Notes: a model not told the origin generated them from the sequence alone. A DNA stretch of 64,000 bases from Nitrospinales bacterium (GCA_965223795.1 CBDCXL010000002.1:2528001-2592000); one strand, 5' to 3'. Shown: positions 47,372 through 57,458, counted from the stretch's first letter. Numbers and translations: made by a program.

Positions 47372-49996
47372 ATGCAAGTCATCACAACACATTTGAACGC
47401 GGATTTCGACTGCCTCGCGGCGATGGTGGCGGCGCACAAGCTGTATCCCGAGGCGCGCATGGTGTTCTCCGGATCGGCGGAACGCACGGTGAACCGCTAC
47501 CTCAAGGAACGCGGCGGCTGGATCGACATCACGAAATTGAAATCCGTCGATCTGGATGCGGTGGACACGCTGGTTTTGGTGGACACGCAGAATCCGGGAC
47601 GGATCGGCGAATTCGGCAGGCTTGTGAAATCGGCGAAAGTGCATGTGTACGATCACCATCCCGACTCCGGCGGCGCGTTGAACGCGGAGCGTGCGGTGAT
47701 CCGCAAGCGCGGCGCGGCGACGACGGTGGTGCTGGAGACGCTGCTGGAAAACGGCATCGAGCTGGACGCGGAAGAGAGCACGCTGATGGCGCTGGGGATC
47801 TATGAGGACACGCATTCGCTGTTGTCGGTTTCCACCACGGCGGAGGATTTCAACGCGCTTGCCCGGCTCGTGCAATGGGGCGCGGATCTCAGTGCGGTCG
47901 TCGACTACGTGCAGCCCAAGCTCAACCCGGAGCTGGTGGAGGTGCTCAACGATCTCATCCGCAACCTGGAAACGCTCAAGGTCAACGGCGTCGATGTGCA
48001 CGTGGCCACGGCGTCGCCCAACCGTTTCGTCGAAGACCTGTCGTACGCGGTGCAGAAACTGGTCGATCTGGAAAACCTGTCGGCGTTCGTGGCGCTCGTC
48101 CGCATGGAACCGCAGATCTATCTCATCGGGCGCAGCCGCGAGCCGCAGGTGGACGTGGCCGCCATCGCCGCGGCGTTCGGCGGCGGCGGGCATCCTTATG
48201 CGGCGTCGGCGTCGGTCCGCGACCGGACGCTGGCGCAGGTGCGGGACCAGCTCCAGCAGGAGCTGGAACGTGTGGTGCAGCCCCTGTTTCGGGTCGGGGA
48301 CATCATGCACTTTCCGGTGGTGTCGGTGAAACCGGGCGACCCCATCCAGGCGGTGGAAAAAAAACTCACCCGGTTCAACCTCAACACGCTTCCGGTGCTC
48401 AAGGGCGCAAAGCCGGTGGGGCTCATCACGCGGCAGATCGTGGAAAAAGCCATCCACCATCAGTTGATCAAGGAACGGACGGAAGACCTGATGATCCGGG
48501 AATTTTCCGTCACCACGCCGGCAGCGTATTTCAGAACGATCTTGCCGATGGTGATCGAGGACAAACAGAAGCTGGTGCCGGTGGTGGACCCGAAAAAGGG
48601 ACACCTGGTGGGGATCGTCAGCCGCGGCGATTTGCTGCGCACCCTGCAAAGCGACCTTGCGCGCGACGGGGTTTCCGACGGCACCGCGATGAGCGTCAGG
48701 GCCGGCGGCCGCAAAAACATCAAGCGGCTGCTCAAGAAGCGGCTGGACAAGCGCGTGCTGGACCTGTTCGCCGCGATGGCCGCGATCGCCGACAAGGAAG
48801 GGGTGGCCATCCATGTGGTGGGCGGGTTCGTGCGCGACCTGCTTCTGGGTGAGAACAACCTGGATCTGGACATCGTCGTCGAGGGCGGCGGCATCGCGTT
48901 CGCGAAAAAGACCGCGAAAAAACTCAAGGGCCGGGTCAAGAGCCACGCCAAGTTCGGGACCTCGGTGATCATTCTGGATGACGGTCTCAGGGTCGATGTG
49001 GCCACGGCGAGGATGGAGTTTTACAAGCACCCGGCGGCGCTGCCGACGGTCGAGCAAAGCTCCATCAAGGCGGATCTGTTCCGCCGCGACTTTTCCATCA
49101 ACAGCCTGGCCGTCAAGCTCAACGGGCCGGACGCCTTCACGCTGCTGGATTATTTCAACGGCGAGCGGGATCTGAAAGACAAGCGGATCCGGGTTCTGCA
49201 CAATCTCAGTTTCATCGAAGACCCGTGCCGCATCTTCCGCGCCATCCGCTTCGAGCAGCGGTTTCACTTTTCCCTCGGCAAGCAGACCGAGGCGTTCTTG
49301 AAAAATGCGGTCAAAAAGGGGCTGGTGGACGAGCTTTCCGGCTCGCGGCTGCTCAACGAACTGATCCTGCTCATGAAGGAGGCCGAGCCGGTCAAGTGCA
49401 TCCGCAGGATGCGCGCGTTCGCGCTGTTTCCCCGTATCGCGCCGGCGATGCTCAAGGACGCGAAGGAAGTGACGCTGCTCGACCGCGTCGCGGACGTTCT
49501 GGCCTGGGCCCAGCGGGTTCCGGTGACGCCGCTGCCTGAAGTCTGGTACGTCTACTTCCTCGGGCTGTTCTATGCGCTGGAGCGGTCCGCGTTTAGGCGT
49601 GCGGCCGAGAGACTCAAGCTGCCCGCACGGCTCAGAAGGCGGCTGGAGGAGGACCGCGAGCACTGCCGCGACTCGCTCAAGCGGCTCAAGACGCGCAAGA
49701 AGCTCGCGCCCAGTGAGGTGTACGATATTTTTTCGCGCATGTCGCCCGAGGCGGTGGTCTTTCTGTTGACGCTCGCCAACAGCGACCGGGTCAACAACCA
49801 GGCCACGCTGTATTTCTCGCAGTATCACTGCTCCGCGAAGCTGTCTCTAACAGGCGACGACCTGATCCGCATGGGCATCGCGCCGGGGCCGGTGTTTCAG
49901 CAGGTGTTCAAGACGCTGCGCGACGCCCGGGTGAACGGAAACGTGAAGACGCGGCGGGAGGAAATGGCGCTGGTGAAGGAAAAGTTCATTCCATGA
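47372..49996 (+). CDS. tRNA nucleotidyltransferase (CCA/A-adding) with DHH, DHHA1 and CBS domains
   Basis: H..ADFD, DHH, GGGGH..AASA, two CBS, VGG.VRD.LLG....DLD, DVATAR.E.Y, RRDFSIN, EDP.R. Confidence 0.93.
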   Translation: MQVITTHLNADFDCLAAMVAAHKLYPEARMVFSGSAERTVNRYLKERGGWIDITKLKSVDLDAVDTLVLVDTQNPGRIGEFGRLVKSAKVHVYDHHPDSGGALNAERAVIRKRGAATTVVLETLLENGIELDAEESTLMALGIYEDTHSLLSVSTTAEDFNALARLVQWGADLSAVVDYVQPKLNPELVEVLNDLIRNLETLKVNGVDVHVATASPNRFVEDLSYAVQKLVDLENLSAFVALVRMEPQIYLIGRSREPQVDVAAIAAAFGGGGHPYAASASVRDRTLAQVRDQLQQELERVVQPLFRVGDIMHFPVVSVKPGDPIQAVEKKLTRFNLNTLPVLKGAKPVGLITRQIVEKAIHHQLIKERTEDLMIREFSVTTPAAYFRTILPMVIEDKQKLVPVVDPKKGHLVGIVSRGDLLRTLQSDLARDGVSDGTAMSVRAGGRKNIKRLLKKRLDKRVLDLFAAMAAIADKEGVAIHVVGGFVRDLLLGENNLDLDIVVEGGGIAFAKKTAKKLKGRVKSHAKFGTSVIILDDGLRVDVATARMEFYKHPAALPTVEQSSIKADLFRRDFSINSLAVKLNGPDAFTLLDYFNGERDLKDKRIRVLHNLSFIEDPCRIFRAIRFEQRFHFSLGKQTEAFLKNAVKKGLVDELSGSRLLNELILLMKEAEPVKCIRRMRAFALFPRIAPAMLKDAKEVTLLDRVADVLAWAQRVPVTPLPEVWYVYFLGLFYALERSAFRRAAERLKLPARLRRRLEEDREHCRDSLKRLKTRKKLAPSEVYDIFSRMSPEAVVFLLTLANSDRVNNQATLYFSQYHCSAKLSLTGDDLIRMGIAPGPVFQQVFKTLRDARVNGNVKTRREEMALVKEKFIP

Positions 49997-50066
49997 GCCG
50001 CACCCCGTGTGCCACAGATCCGCGGCCGGCCCGAGTCTTTCCATATATAAAACCCCTTCTTCCTGT

Positions 50067-51404
50067 ATGAACGGTTTCGCCCGCTGGCTGGACCTGCGTT
50101 TTTCGCTCGCGGAAAACGGCACCGGCGTCGCCACCGAGCTTCGGGCCGGGCTGGTCACATTCATCACGGCGTCCTACATCGTGTTCGTGCAGCCTGCGGT
50201 GCTTTCGCAGGCGGGCATGGATTTCGGCGCGGTGATGACGGCGACCTGCCTCGCTTCCGCGCTGGGCTGCCTGTTGATGGGGCTGTTCGCCAATTATCCC
50301 ATCGCGCTGGCGCCGGGCATGGGGATCAATTTCTATTTCACCTTCACGGTGGTGATCGGCGAGGGCATCGCCTGGCAGACGGCGCTGGGGGCGGTGTTTC
50401 TTTCCGGACTGGTGCTGATCGCCCTGACTCTGCTCAAGGTGCGCGAGGCGCTGATCCGCGTCATCCCGGCCGGGCTCAAGACGGGGATCGCCGCGGGCAT
50501 CGGGCTGTTCGTCGCGTTCATCGGGCTCACACAGGGCGGGCTGGTGGTGCGGCATCCTGAGACGCTGGTCCAAATGGGCGATGTCACCAGCGTTCCGGCG
50601 CTGTTCACGTTTTTCGGCCTGATCCTGATCGCCACGCTGTTGCACCGGAAGGTGAAAGGCGCGATCCTGATCGGCCTTTGCGCGCTCACACTCGCTGCGT
50701 TTCCTTTGGGGCTCGCCCGCTATCACGGCGTCGTCGCCGCGCCGCCGAGCCTTGCGCCGACCTTTCTGGCGCTGGATGTCGCCGGGGCTCTCAACCTGGG
50801 GCTGCTCACCATAGCCGGGGTGTTCGTGTTCGTCGATCTGTTCGACTCGGCGGGCACATTGGTCGGTGTGGGCCAGCAGGGCGGGTTTCTGAAAGACGGC
50901 CGGCTGCCGCGCGCCAACCGTGCGCTCATGCCGGACGCGGCGGCGACGACGGCGGGTTCGCTGCTGGGAACCTCGACCGTGGTCTGCTATATCGAAAGCG
51001 CCGCCGGGGTGGCGGAAGGCGGGCGCACCGGGCTGGCCAGCGTGTGCACCGCTTTGCTGTTTCTGCTGGCGTTGTTTTTCTCCCCGCTGGCAGAGACCAT
51101 CGGCGGCGGGGTCGCCGTGGAAGGCGGCGCAAAGCTCTATCCCATCACCGCGCCGGTGCTGATCCTGGTGGGCTGCCTGATGGCTTCGAATTTGCGCAAA
51201 ATCGAGTGGGAGCGCTGGGACGAAGCGCTGCCGGCCTTTCTCGTCGCCGCCGGCATGCCGCTCACCTTCAGCCTGGCCGACGGCATGGCGTTGGGTTTCA
51301 TCGCCTATCCGATGATCAAGCTGCTTTCGGGCAAGGGGGCGGGCGTCCACTGGGGCCTGTACCTGATCGCGGCGGTGTTCATCCTGCGCTACGGGTTTCT
51401 GTGA
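50067..51404 (+). CDS. NCS2 family (AzgA/PbuG-type) purine permease
   Basis: TE..AG..TF.T..YI, PIALAPGMG.N.YF, GIGLF.AFIGL, DLFD..GT, YIES..G...GGRTGL. Confidence 0.93.
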   Translation: MNGFARWLDLRFSLAENGTGVATELRAGLVTFITASYIVFVQPAVLSQAGMDFGAVMTATCLASALGCLLMGLFANYPIALAPGMGINFYFTFTVVIGEGIAWQTALGAVFLSGLVLIALTLLKVREALIRVIPAGLKTGIAAGIGLFVAFIGLTQGGLVVRHPETLVQMGDVTSVPALFTFFGLILIATLLHRKVKGAILIGLCALTLAAFPLGLARYHGVVAAPPSLAPTFLALDVAGALNLGLLTIAGVFVFVDLFDSAGTLVGVGQQGGFLKDGRLPRANRALMPDAAATTAGSLLGTSTVVCYIESAAGVAEGGRTGLASVCTALLFLLALFFSPLAETIGGGVAVEGGAKLYPITAPVLILVGCLMASNLRKIEWERWDEALPAFLVAAGMPLTFSLADGMALGFIAYPMIKLLSGKGAGVHWGLYLIAAVFILRYGFL

Positions 51405-51474
51405 GAAAACGCCAGGCGGCACGCCGATACCGGGATGTGATATAATTGCATCTTAACTCAATGGGACCGTAACA

Positions 51475-52047
51475 ATGGCCAGTGTCGAGTACCTGATCAA
51501 ACAGTTTTTGACTCCCGATAAGAAAAGCCTGGATCTGAGCAACCAGAACATCGGTGACAAGGGAGCGGTGACGCTCACGCGTTCGAAAAGCATCAAGCGG
51601 CTCAAGCAGCTGCGCCTGCCGAACAACAACATCGGCGACGAGGGCGCGATGGCGATCGCGCAGTGCGATTCGTTCAAGAACCTGACCGACCTGGATTTTT
51701 ACGGCAATGTCATCAGCGACGACGGGGTCAAGGCGCTGGCCGAGTCCGAGATCATGAAGAACCTCAAGAAGCTCAACCTCTACGGTAACCTCGTGGAGGA
51801 CGATGGCGCGATCGCGCTGGCGGAATCGAAAACCCTGTCCAAGCTCAAACACCTGTTCCTCAACTCCAACCGGATTCGCCGCAAGGGGCTGGAAGCGCTG
51901 CTGGAAGCCAAGTGCCGAACGCGCCTGTGCCACCTTTACATCGACGACCTTTCGGATTTCATCTACGAAGACGACGATGACATGGACTGGGACGACGATC
52001 TGGATGAGGCGAGCCCGCGGGCGGAACGGGACGTGATGGAAGATTGA
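51475..52047 (+). CDS. Leucine-rich repeat protein with acidic C-terminal tail
   Basis: Repeats L..L.L..N.I.D.G..ALA; tail DDDDMDWDDDLDE. Confidence 0.9.
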   Translation: MASVEYLIKQFLTPDKKSLDLSNQNIGDKGAVTLTRSKSIKRLKQLRLPNNNIGDEGAMAIAQCDSFKNLTDLDFYGNVISDDGVKALAESEIMKNLKKLNLYGNLVEDDGAIALAESKTLSKLKHLFLNSNRIRRKGLEALLEAKCRTRLCHLYIDDLSDFIYEDDDDMDWDDDLDEASPRAERDVMED

Positions 52048-52052
52048 ACTTC

Positions 52053-52631
52053 ATGCGACGACCGATGAAAAACGGATGGACGCGGATGCTGATTTTAAGC
52101 ATCCTTTTTTTCATGACTTCGGCGCAGGGCCCCGCCGAGCTGATCGACCAGGCGCCGGAACTGGATTACGAAGCCATTTTCAAGGAAGGGCTGAAGCGGC
52201 GCGGCACCTACCTCAATATTTCCGGCAAGAAGATCGGCGACGACGGCTTGAAGGTGCTGCTCACGAAGGACTGGCTCAAGAAAGTCAAAAAGATCGATAT
52301 CCGCTACAACGACCTCACTGAAGAAGGCGCGAAAATCCTCGCCAACGCGCCGGAGCTGCCCAAGCTGCAGTCTCTGATTTTAAGGCACAACTTCTTCGCC
52401 GACAACGGCAGCGTCACGTTTTCCAAAACGAAGAGTTTCCCCAACCTCAAGGAGCTGCAGCTCGGCTGGAACGAGGTGCGGGACGCGGGCGCGCTGGCGA
52501 TCGGCCGGGCGCAGAAAGAATCGTTTCCCAAGCTGCAGAAGCTAGACCTGCGCGGCAATTTCCTGGCGGACGAAACCAAAAGCGAACTGAAAAAAACGCT
52601 CCCCCACCTCAAATCGCTCAAATTGTACTGA
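52053..52631 (+). CDS. Exported leucine-rich repeat protein
   Basis: Hydrophobic leader then LRRs (LQSLILRHN, LKELQLGWN, LQKLDLRGN). Confidence 0.88.
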   Translation: MRRPMKNGWTRMLILSILFFMTSAQGPAELIDQAPELDYEAIFKEGLKRRGTYLNISGKKIGDDGLKVLLTKDWLKKVKKIDIRYNDLTEEGAKILANAPELPKLQSLILRHNFFADNGSVTFSKTKSFPNLKELQLGWNEVRDAGALAIGRAQKESFPKLQKLDLRGNFLADETKSELKKTLPHLKSLKLY

Positions 52632-52734
52632 TTGGGCCATTCCCGGTGCATGTGTGGAAGCCGGATTGTCACAAGAAGTCACTTCTTTCGCCGCCTTTCC
52701 TTTATACTGATGGGGAATTTTCAATAAGGAAAAC

Positions 52735-53199
52735 ATGGCCATGGAAATCAGCATCAGCACAGCCTGGCTGATAGCCGGAGCGATCCTGATATTGCTCGAA
52801 TTGACCGTTATTCAGGGCATCGGTTTTCTTTTCGCGGGACTGGGAGCACTTTGCGTCGGCGGCATGCTCATCGCCGGCTTGATTGCAGAGCTTTCCGATC
52901 AATTTATCTGGTTTTTCATTTTCACTGCGATCTGGGCTCTAGTATTGTGGAAACCTCTGAAGAGATTCATCGAGGGTAAGGATTCCGGTTTTGACGATAT
53001 GGTCGGAAGCACGGCTATTGTCATCAATCAACCCCTCGAAAAAGGAAAGTTGGGTGAGGTGAAATGGTCTGGAGCCATTATGAAATGTGAGTATGATAAC
53101 GAAGGCAGGGGGAAAGATGTCATCGCCCCTGGGGCGGAAGTTGTCATTGCAGGAATTTCAAAGGGAGTGTTGATTGTCAAAGAAAAGTTTTCAGATTGA
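52735..53199 (+). CDS. NfeD family protein (short form)
   Basis: WLI.G..L..LE, TMs, G....V, G.V...G..., V.I..I.G..L.V OB fold; precedes SPFH gene. Confidence 0.9.
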   Translation: MAMEISISTAWLIAGAILILLELTVIQGIGFLFAGLGALCVGGMLIAGLIAELSDQFIWFFIFTAIWALVLWKPLKRFIEGKDSGFDDMVGSTAIVINQPLEKGKLGEVKWSGAIMKCEYDNEGRGKDVIAPGAEVVIAGISKGVLIVKEKFSD

Positions 53200-53237
53200 T
53201 GAGGCAGATTTTTGTTCTTTAAGCTTATGGAGGAATT

Positions 53238-54188
53238 ATGGAATTTAATCCATTATTGCTTGCCATGGCTTTTATCGTGTTTCTGTTTGTCTGGAACGGT
53301 ATCAAGCTTGTGCCGCAACAGAGTGCCTGGGTCGTTGAGCGGCTGGGGCGATTCAATCAAACTTTACATGCCGGCCTTCATTTCATCATTCCTTTCGTAG
53401 ACAGAATTGCTTACCGCCACTCTCTTAAGGAAAGCGCCATCGATATTCCCAGTCAATCCGCCATTACAAAAGACAATGTGACTTTAGTCATCGACGGGAT
53501 TTTGTATTTGAAAATCACCGATCCGAAACAGGCATCCTACGGGGTGCTCGATGCCAGATATGCAATCACTCAACTGGCTCAGACAACCATGAGGTCTGAA
53601 CTTGGCAAGATGACTTTGGATAAAACATTTGAAGAAAGGAATACGCTGAACGCGAATATTGTTTTGGCGATCAACGAAGCGTCCAATGTTTGGGGCACGC
53701 AATGTCTGCGTTATGAGATCAAGGATATAACGCCTCCGGAAAGTGTTCTCAGGGCCATGGAACTGCAGGTGGCTGCCGAAAGAAAAAAAAGAGCCGAGGT
53801 GCTCGATTCAGAAGGGAAGCGGCAATCGCAAATCAATATCGCGGAAGGTGAAAAGAGAGAGGTGGTCTTGAAGTCCGAAGGCGCGCTCACCGATCAGGTC
53901 AACAGGGCAAAAGGCGAGGCCGAAGCCATTCTGGCCGTAGCCAAAGCAACCGCGGAAAGTATCGAGCTGGTTGCATCGTCCATTCAGAAATCGGGTGGGG
54001 AAAAAGCCGTGGCCCTTAAATTGGCCGAGCAGTATATAGAAGCGTTTTCCAACCTGGCCAAAGAGACGAACACCGTTTTATTGCCGACACAGGCAGGGGA
54101 TGCCGGATCCATGGTGGCTCAGGCATTATCTGTATTCAAATCCATTCAGGATCAAAACTCCCCTCAGAAAAAACAAGATACGGAATGA
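53238..54188 (+). CDS. SPFH/stomatin-like protein (QmcA/SLP-2 type)
   Basis: VPQQ.AWVVERLG.F, AIT.DNV, LAQTTMRSE.GK..LD, QVAAER.KRA, AEQYI.AF..LAK..NT..LP. Confidence 0.93.
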   Translation: MEFNPLLLAMAFIVFLFVWNGIKLVPQQSAWVVERLGRFNQTLHAGLHFIIPFVDRIAYRHSLKESAIDIPSQSAITKDNVTLVIDGILYLKITDPKQASYGVLDARYAITQLAQTTMRSELGKMTLDKTFEERNTLNANIVLAINEASNVWGTQCLRYEIKDITPPESVLRAMELQVAAERKKRAEVLDSEGKRQSQINIAEGEKREVVLKSEGALTDQVNRAKGEAEAILAVAKATAESIELVASSIQKSGGEKAVALKLAEQYIEAFSNLAKETNTVLLPTQAGDAGSMVAQALSVFKSIQDQNSPQKKQDTE

Positions 54189-54393
54189 GATTTTGAAAAT
54201 TCTCATTCTTGTAAAAAGTTTAGTTCTATTGAATACGATTGATTCTGAACGAACCGCGCTCTGCGTGGGCATCAGGCTGGCATATCCTAATTCATGACCT
54301 GAATCCATTTCTAGATTATTGCCATCTTTGGCACCGCCATTTTTGTGGACATTTCCTGGTAATTTGGCACTACCATAATAATTGGTGACTAAA

Positions 54394-54882
54394 ATGGATA
54401 TAGCATCACTTGTTATTGCAAAAGCTGATGAGGAATCGGAAAAAGGCAATCATCAAGCCGCTTTTAAACTTTTCCTCGAAGGTGCGGAAAGGAATATTTA
54501 TGAGTGCAAAAACAGGCTTGGAATATGCTATGAATGTGGATTGGGTGTCAAAAAGAATATCAAAAAGGCTATTTATTGGTACAGAAGGGCCATTGAGGGT
54601 GATAATTCTTTGTCGGCGATGAACAACCTGGCTCTTCTTTATTTTAAGAGAAAGAATCAGCGCAGAGCTAAATACTGGTATAAAAAGGCCATCAAAGCGG
54701 GTGACTCAGGTGAGCCCTCTCTGGAGTTGGCTAAGATCTACTTGGAATCAAAAAGCAATAAGCACAATATAAAAATGGCCAACCATTATCTGGCTATTAC
54801 ACTCAAATGTAAGCCTTATAATACTATTTCCCAAGATGCCTTTGATGAGGCTAATCGTCTTTGGCAGAAACATTTTGCCTGA
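54394..54882 (+). CDS. Sel1-like repeat protein, AT-rich
   Basis: LG.CYE.G.GV.KN..KA..WY.RA, AM.NLA.LY, A..WY.KA...G. Confidence 0.85.
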   Translation: MDIASLVIAKADEESEKGNHQAAFKLFLEGAERNIYECKNRLGICYECGLGVKKNIKKAIYWYRRAIEGDNSLSAMNNLALLYFKRKNQRRAKYWYKKAIKAGDSGEPSLELAKIYLESKSNKHNIKMANHYLAITLKCKPYNTISQDAFDEANRLWQKHFA

Positions 54883-55054
54883 CATGCCCATCGCTAGAGT
54901 TCTGTTGATTGGAGAGTCTCCCAGTTAAGAGATTTAGAAAGAGGTTAAAGGGAGCAAGTTTAGGCTTGATATAATTTCCTTCCATTGATCCCATCACGAC
55001 TTGGCGGTGTTTCCCCTTTGTGAGTGGAGCAAGGCCGCGCGTTTTAAAACGGTT

Positions 55055-55123
55055 TCACCCTTCGACAGGCTCAGGGTGACAGCAATTTTATTATCCCGCC
55101 TTTATCCTGTTCATCCTGTCAAA
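55055..55123 (-). repeat. Family D hairpin plus family A element
   Basis: TCACCCT-TCGACAGGCTC-AGGGTGA-CAG (55055-55082); TTTATCCTGTTCATCCTGTCAAA (55101-55123, reverse of A). Confidence 0.85.
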
Positions 55124-55150
55124 GTTTCACTCCTTTGCGGGTTTCCAGGT

Positions 55151-56698
55151 TCACGGTTTCCAGCGGTTTCTTTCGATCATTCGTTTGAAGCCACGTGTGG
55201 ATGTGGAGACCGGGTTCAGCCAAGTTAAGATGCGTTCCCGTTTCCATTTCTTTCCGCTTGCCTCTCCGGGAGGCAGCAGTTCGTACCGGTACAACTCGAT
55301 GCGGATGTGCTTGGGCGGCCGCTCCGGAAACGGATCGTTCGCCAGCAGGCTCAACGCGCCCGCATCGTTGTGCAGCAGTTTCCATACCAGATGAAAGATC
55401 CAGGGATGCCGTTCCGGAACGCTCATGGCGGCGAACCAGATCTGCCAGTCCAGCCGGTAATGGTACGGCGAAACGATGGGGTGCGGCCGGTCCACCGCGC
55501 CCGGTTTGGCTTTGAACTCGTACGCTCTCCATTGAGTATCGGCATCGATCGATGCGTCGGCGGTTCCTTCGAGGATGAGTTCGTGTCTCTTCTTGCCGAC
55601 CGCTCCGAAGGCGCCGTAGGTGTTCACCAGACGCAGCCGGTCGAAGGACGTGTTCATGATCTGGCCTGGTGACACGATGTTTTTTACGACCGGAATGCTC
55701 AAGACGGCTACCACCAGCACCAGCGCGTAAGACAGCCGGACGGGCCAGGTACCGGGTTTCGCGTTTTTATCGGCCTGCTCCGCTTTCTCTATGATGATTT
55801 GCGGCAGAACGTGACGCAGGAAGCTGTCGTCGAAGCAGCCTAGGGTCGCCAGAATGGTCAACCAGTTGAGGAAGGACAGGTTGCCGCCCAGGATGAGCAA
55901 TATCTGAAAGAACACCAGCAGCAATCCCGCCAGGTGACGGGCGAGGCGGGGGCCGAAGACGAAGAAGGGAACCAGCAGCTCGGTGAAATGGTTCCATAAA
56001 ACCTCGAATTTATGAAACCAGACCGGCATGAAATGAAACCACGGGCTCAACGGATTGGGCAGAGGCTGGGTTTCGTAGTGATAGAGCATGCAGGTCCAGT
56101 CCCGCCAGCACGCATCGCCGCGAATTTTGATCAGTCCCGCCCCCAAGTAGATCCGGAAGGTCAGCCAGCGCAACAGCCAGAAGACAGCGGCCGGTGGCGG
56201 CGAGCGGGGAAAGGGCCGCGGGTCCAGCAGCGGACACATGAAAATCCCGAGAAAACCTGTTTCGAGCAGCTGCATTTCCCAGCCGAATCCGTACCAGGTC
56301 TGGCCGACGTTGACGAAGGACATGTACACGAACCAGAGAATGAGCAGGATCGGAACGTTGGCGAACCCGATCAAGACCACGAAGGACAGGAGGGTTCCGA
56401 GCCATGCGAAAGCCACCAGCATGCTGTCTGACAGATGAAACCAGAACAGCGACGGAATGTTCAGGAAGGCGTCGAAGGTGGATTCGTATCGGGACCCGAC
56501 GATGCCGGTGAAGTTTTTTGCCGGCAGCAGTCCGTTTTCGCCGATCAGGGGCAGGCCCTGGTTGACGAGAATCAGGAAGCCAACGAAATACATTCCCCCC
56601 AAAAATCTCAAGAAAACGAAACGGGTGAGCCAATATGCAGGTGGGGTGTTCACACCGTAACCCAGTATCCGCAACCCTTTTTTGACGGCTTCAACCAT
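55151..56698 (-). CDS. Lipase maturation factor (LMF) family membrane protein
   Basis: LIG.NGLLPA, FGWE.QLLETGFL, GAGLIK.RGD.CW, HYETQPLPNP, GN.SFLNWLT, NTYGAFG, PYHYRLDW..WFAA. Confidence 0.95.
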   Translation of the reverse strand: MVEAVKKGLRILGYGVNTPPAYWLTRFVFLRFLGGMYFVGFLILVNQGLPLIGENGLLPAKNFTGIVGSRYESTFDAFLNIPSLFWFHLSDSMLVAFAWLGTLLSFVVLIGFANVPILLILWFVYMSFVNVGQTWYGFGWEMQLLETGFLGIFMCPLLDPRPFPRSPPPAAVFWLLRWLTFRIYLGAGLIKIRGDACWRDWTCMLYHYETQPLPNPLSPWFHFMPVWFHKFEVLWNHFTELLVPFFVFGPRLARHLAGLLLVFFQILLILGGNLSFLNWLTILATLGCFDDSFLRHVLPQIIIEKAEQADKNAKPGTWPVRLSYALVLVVAVLSIPVVKNIVSPGQIMNTSFDRLRLVNTYGAFGAVGKKRHELILEGTADASIDADTQWRAYEFKAKPGAVDRPHPIVSPYHYRLDWQIWFAAMSVPERHPWIFHLVWKLLHNDAGALSLLANDPFPERPPKHIRIELYRYELLPPGEASGKKWKRERILTWLNPVSTSTRGFKRMIERNRWKP

Positions 56699-56788
56699 AG
56701 GGGAGAATGCGTGTGAATGAATTTTGGAATATTGAATATATTTGGTTTCTACCGGAATCCACAGTTAAAAATAGCATATACTCAAAGC

Positions 56789-57211
56789 ATGAAACCCGTG
56801 CTCATATATGACGGAGATTGCGGATTCTGTCTCTACTGGATCAAAAAATGGAATCGTAGAACCGAAGACCGCGTGGATTATGCCCCGTATCAGACGGTCG
56901 GCCAGGCGTATCCGCAAATTGCTTCAGATCAATTTGAGCGATCGGTTCAACTTGTCAAGCCGGATGGGGAAATCGTGGCGGGCGCCAAGGCCGTGTTCGA
57001 AACCCTGGCGTGCCATCCGGATTCTGCATGGCTGCTGAGGACTTACAAGAAATATCCCCTGTTCGCCAAAGTGGCTGAATCGGTTTATGATTGTGTCGCT
57101 AAAAACCGCCATGCGCTGTCCACCGTTTTCAGGTGGTTCGGCATTGGAAAGTTACAATCCTTCCTCCTGGTATTTTTATCCTGCCAAATAAAAATGGCCC
57201 CGCCAACCTAG
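56789..57211 (+). CDS. DCC1-like thiol-disulfide oxidoreductase (DUF393)
   Basis: LIYDGDCGFC, PYQ, G....GA.AV, Y..VA.NR. Confidence 0.88.
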   Translation: MKPVLIYDGDCGFCLYWIKKWNRRTEDRVDYAPYQTVGQAYPQIASDQFERSVQLVKPDGEIVAGAKAVFETLACHPDSAWLLRTYKKYPLFAKVAESVYDCVAKNRHALSTVFRWFGIGKLQSFLLVFLSCQIKMAPPT

Positions 57212-57336
57212 CGAGGCCCATTTATGCGTTTCCATGATCCAGTCAAAAACGGTTTGAGTTTTGCGAAACGTTACACTTTCGTGAACCCCTTTGCGGCCTG
57301 TCGCTTTTGCATGCAGTTCAGGTATGTGCGTGAGGC

Positions 57337-57451
57337 TCCCCCTTCGGCAAGCTCAGGGTGGCGGTGGGCATCGAGTGACTGGAAGGGTGGGGAGGGAGAA
57401 GGATTATGGTTATTCTGTTTTTTCCGCTTTTACCCTGTTCATCCTGTTCAA
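57337..57451 (-). repeat. Degenerate family D, C-like purine tract and family A element
   Basis: CCCT-TCGGCAAGCTC-AGGGTGGC (to 57362); GGAAGGGTGGGGAGGG; TTTACCCTGTTCATCCTGTTCAA (57429-57451). Confidence 0.75.
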
Positions 57452-57458
57452 GCTATAT

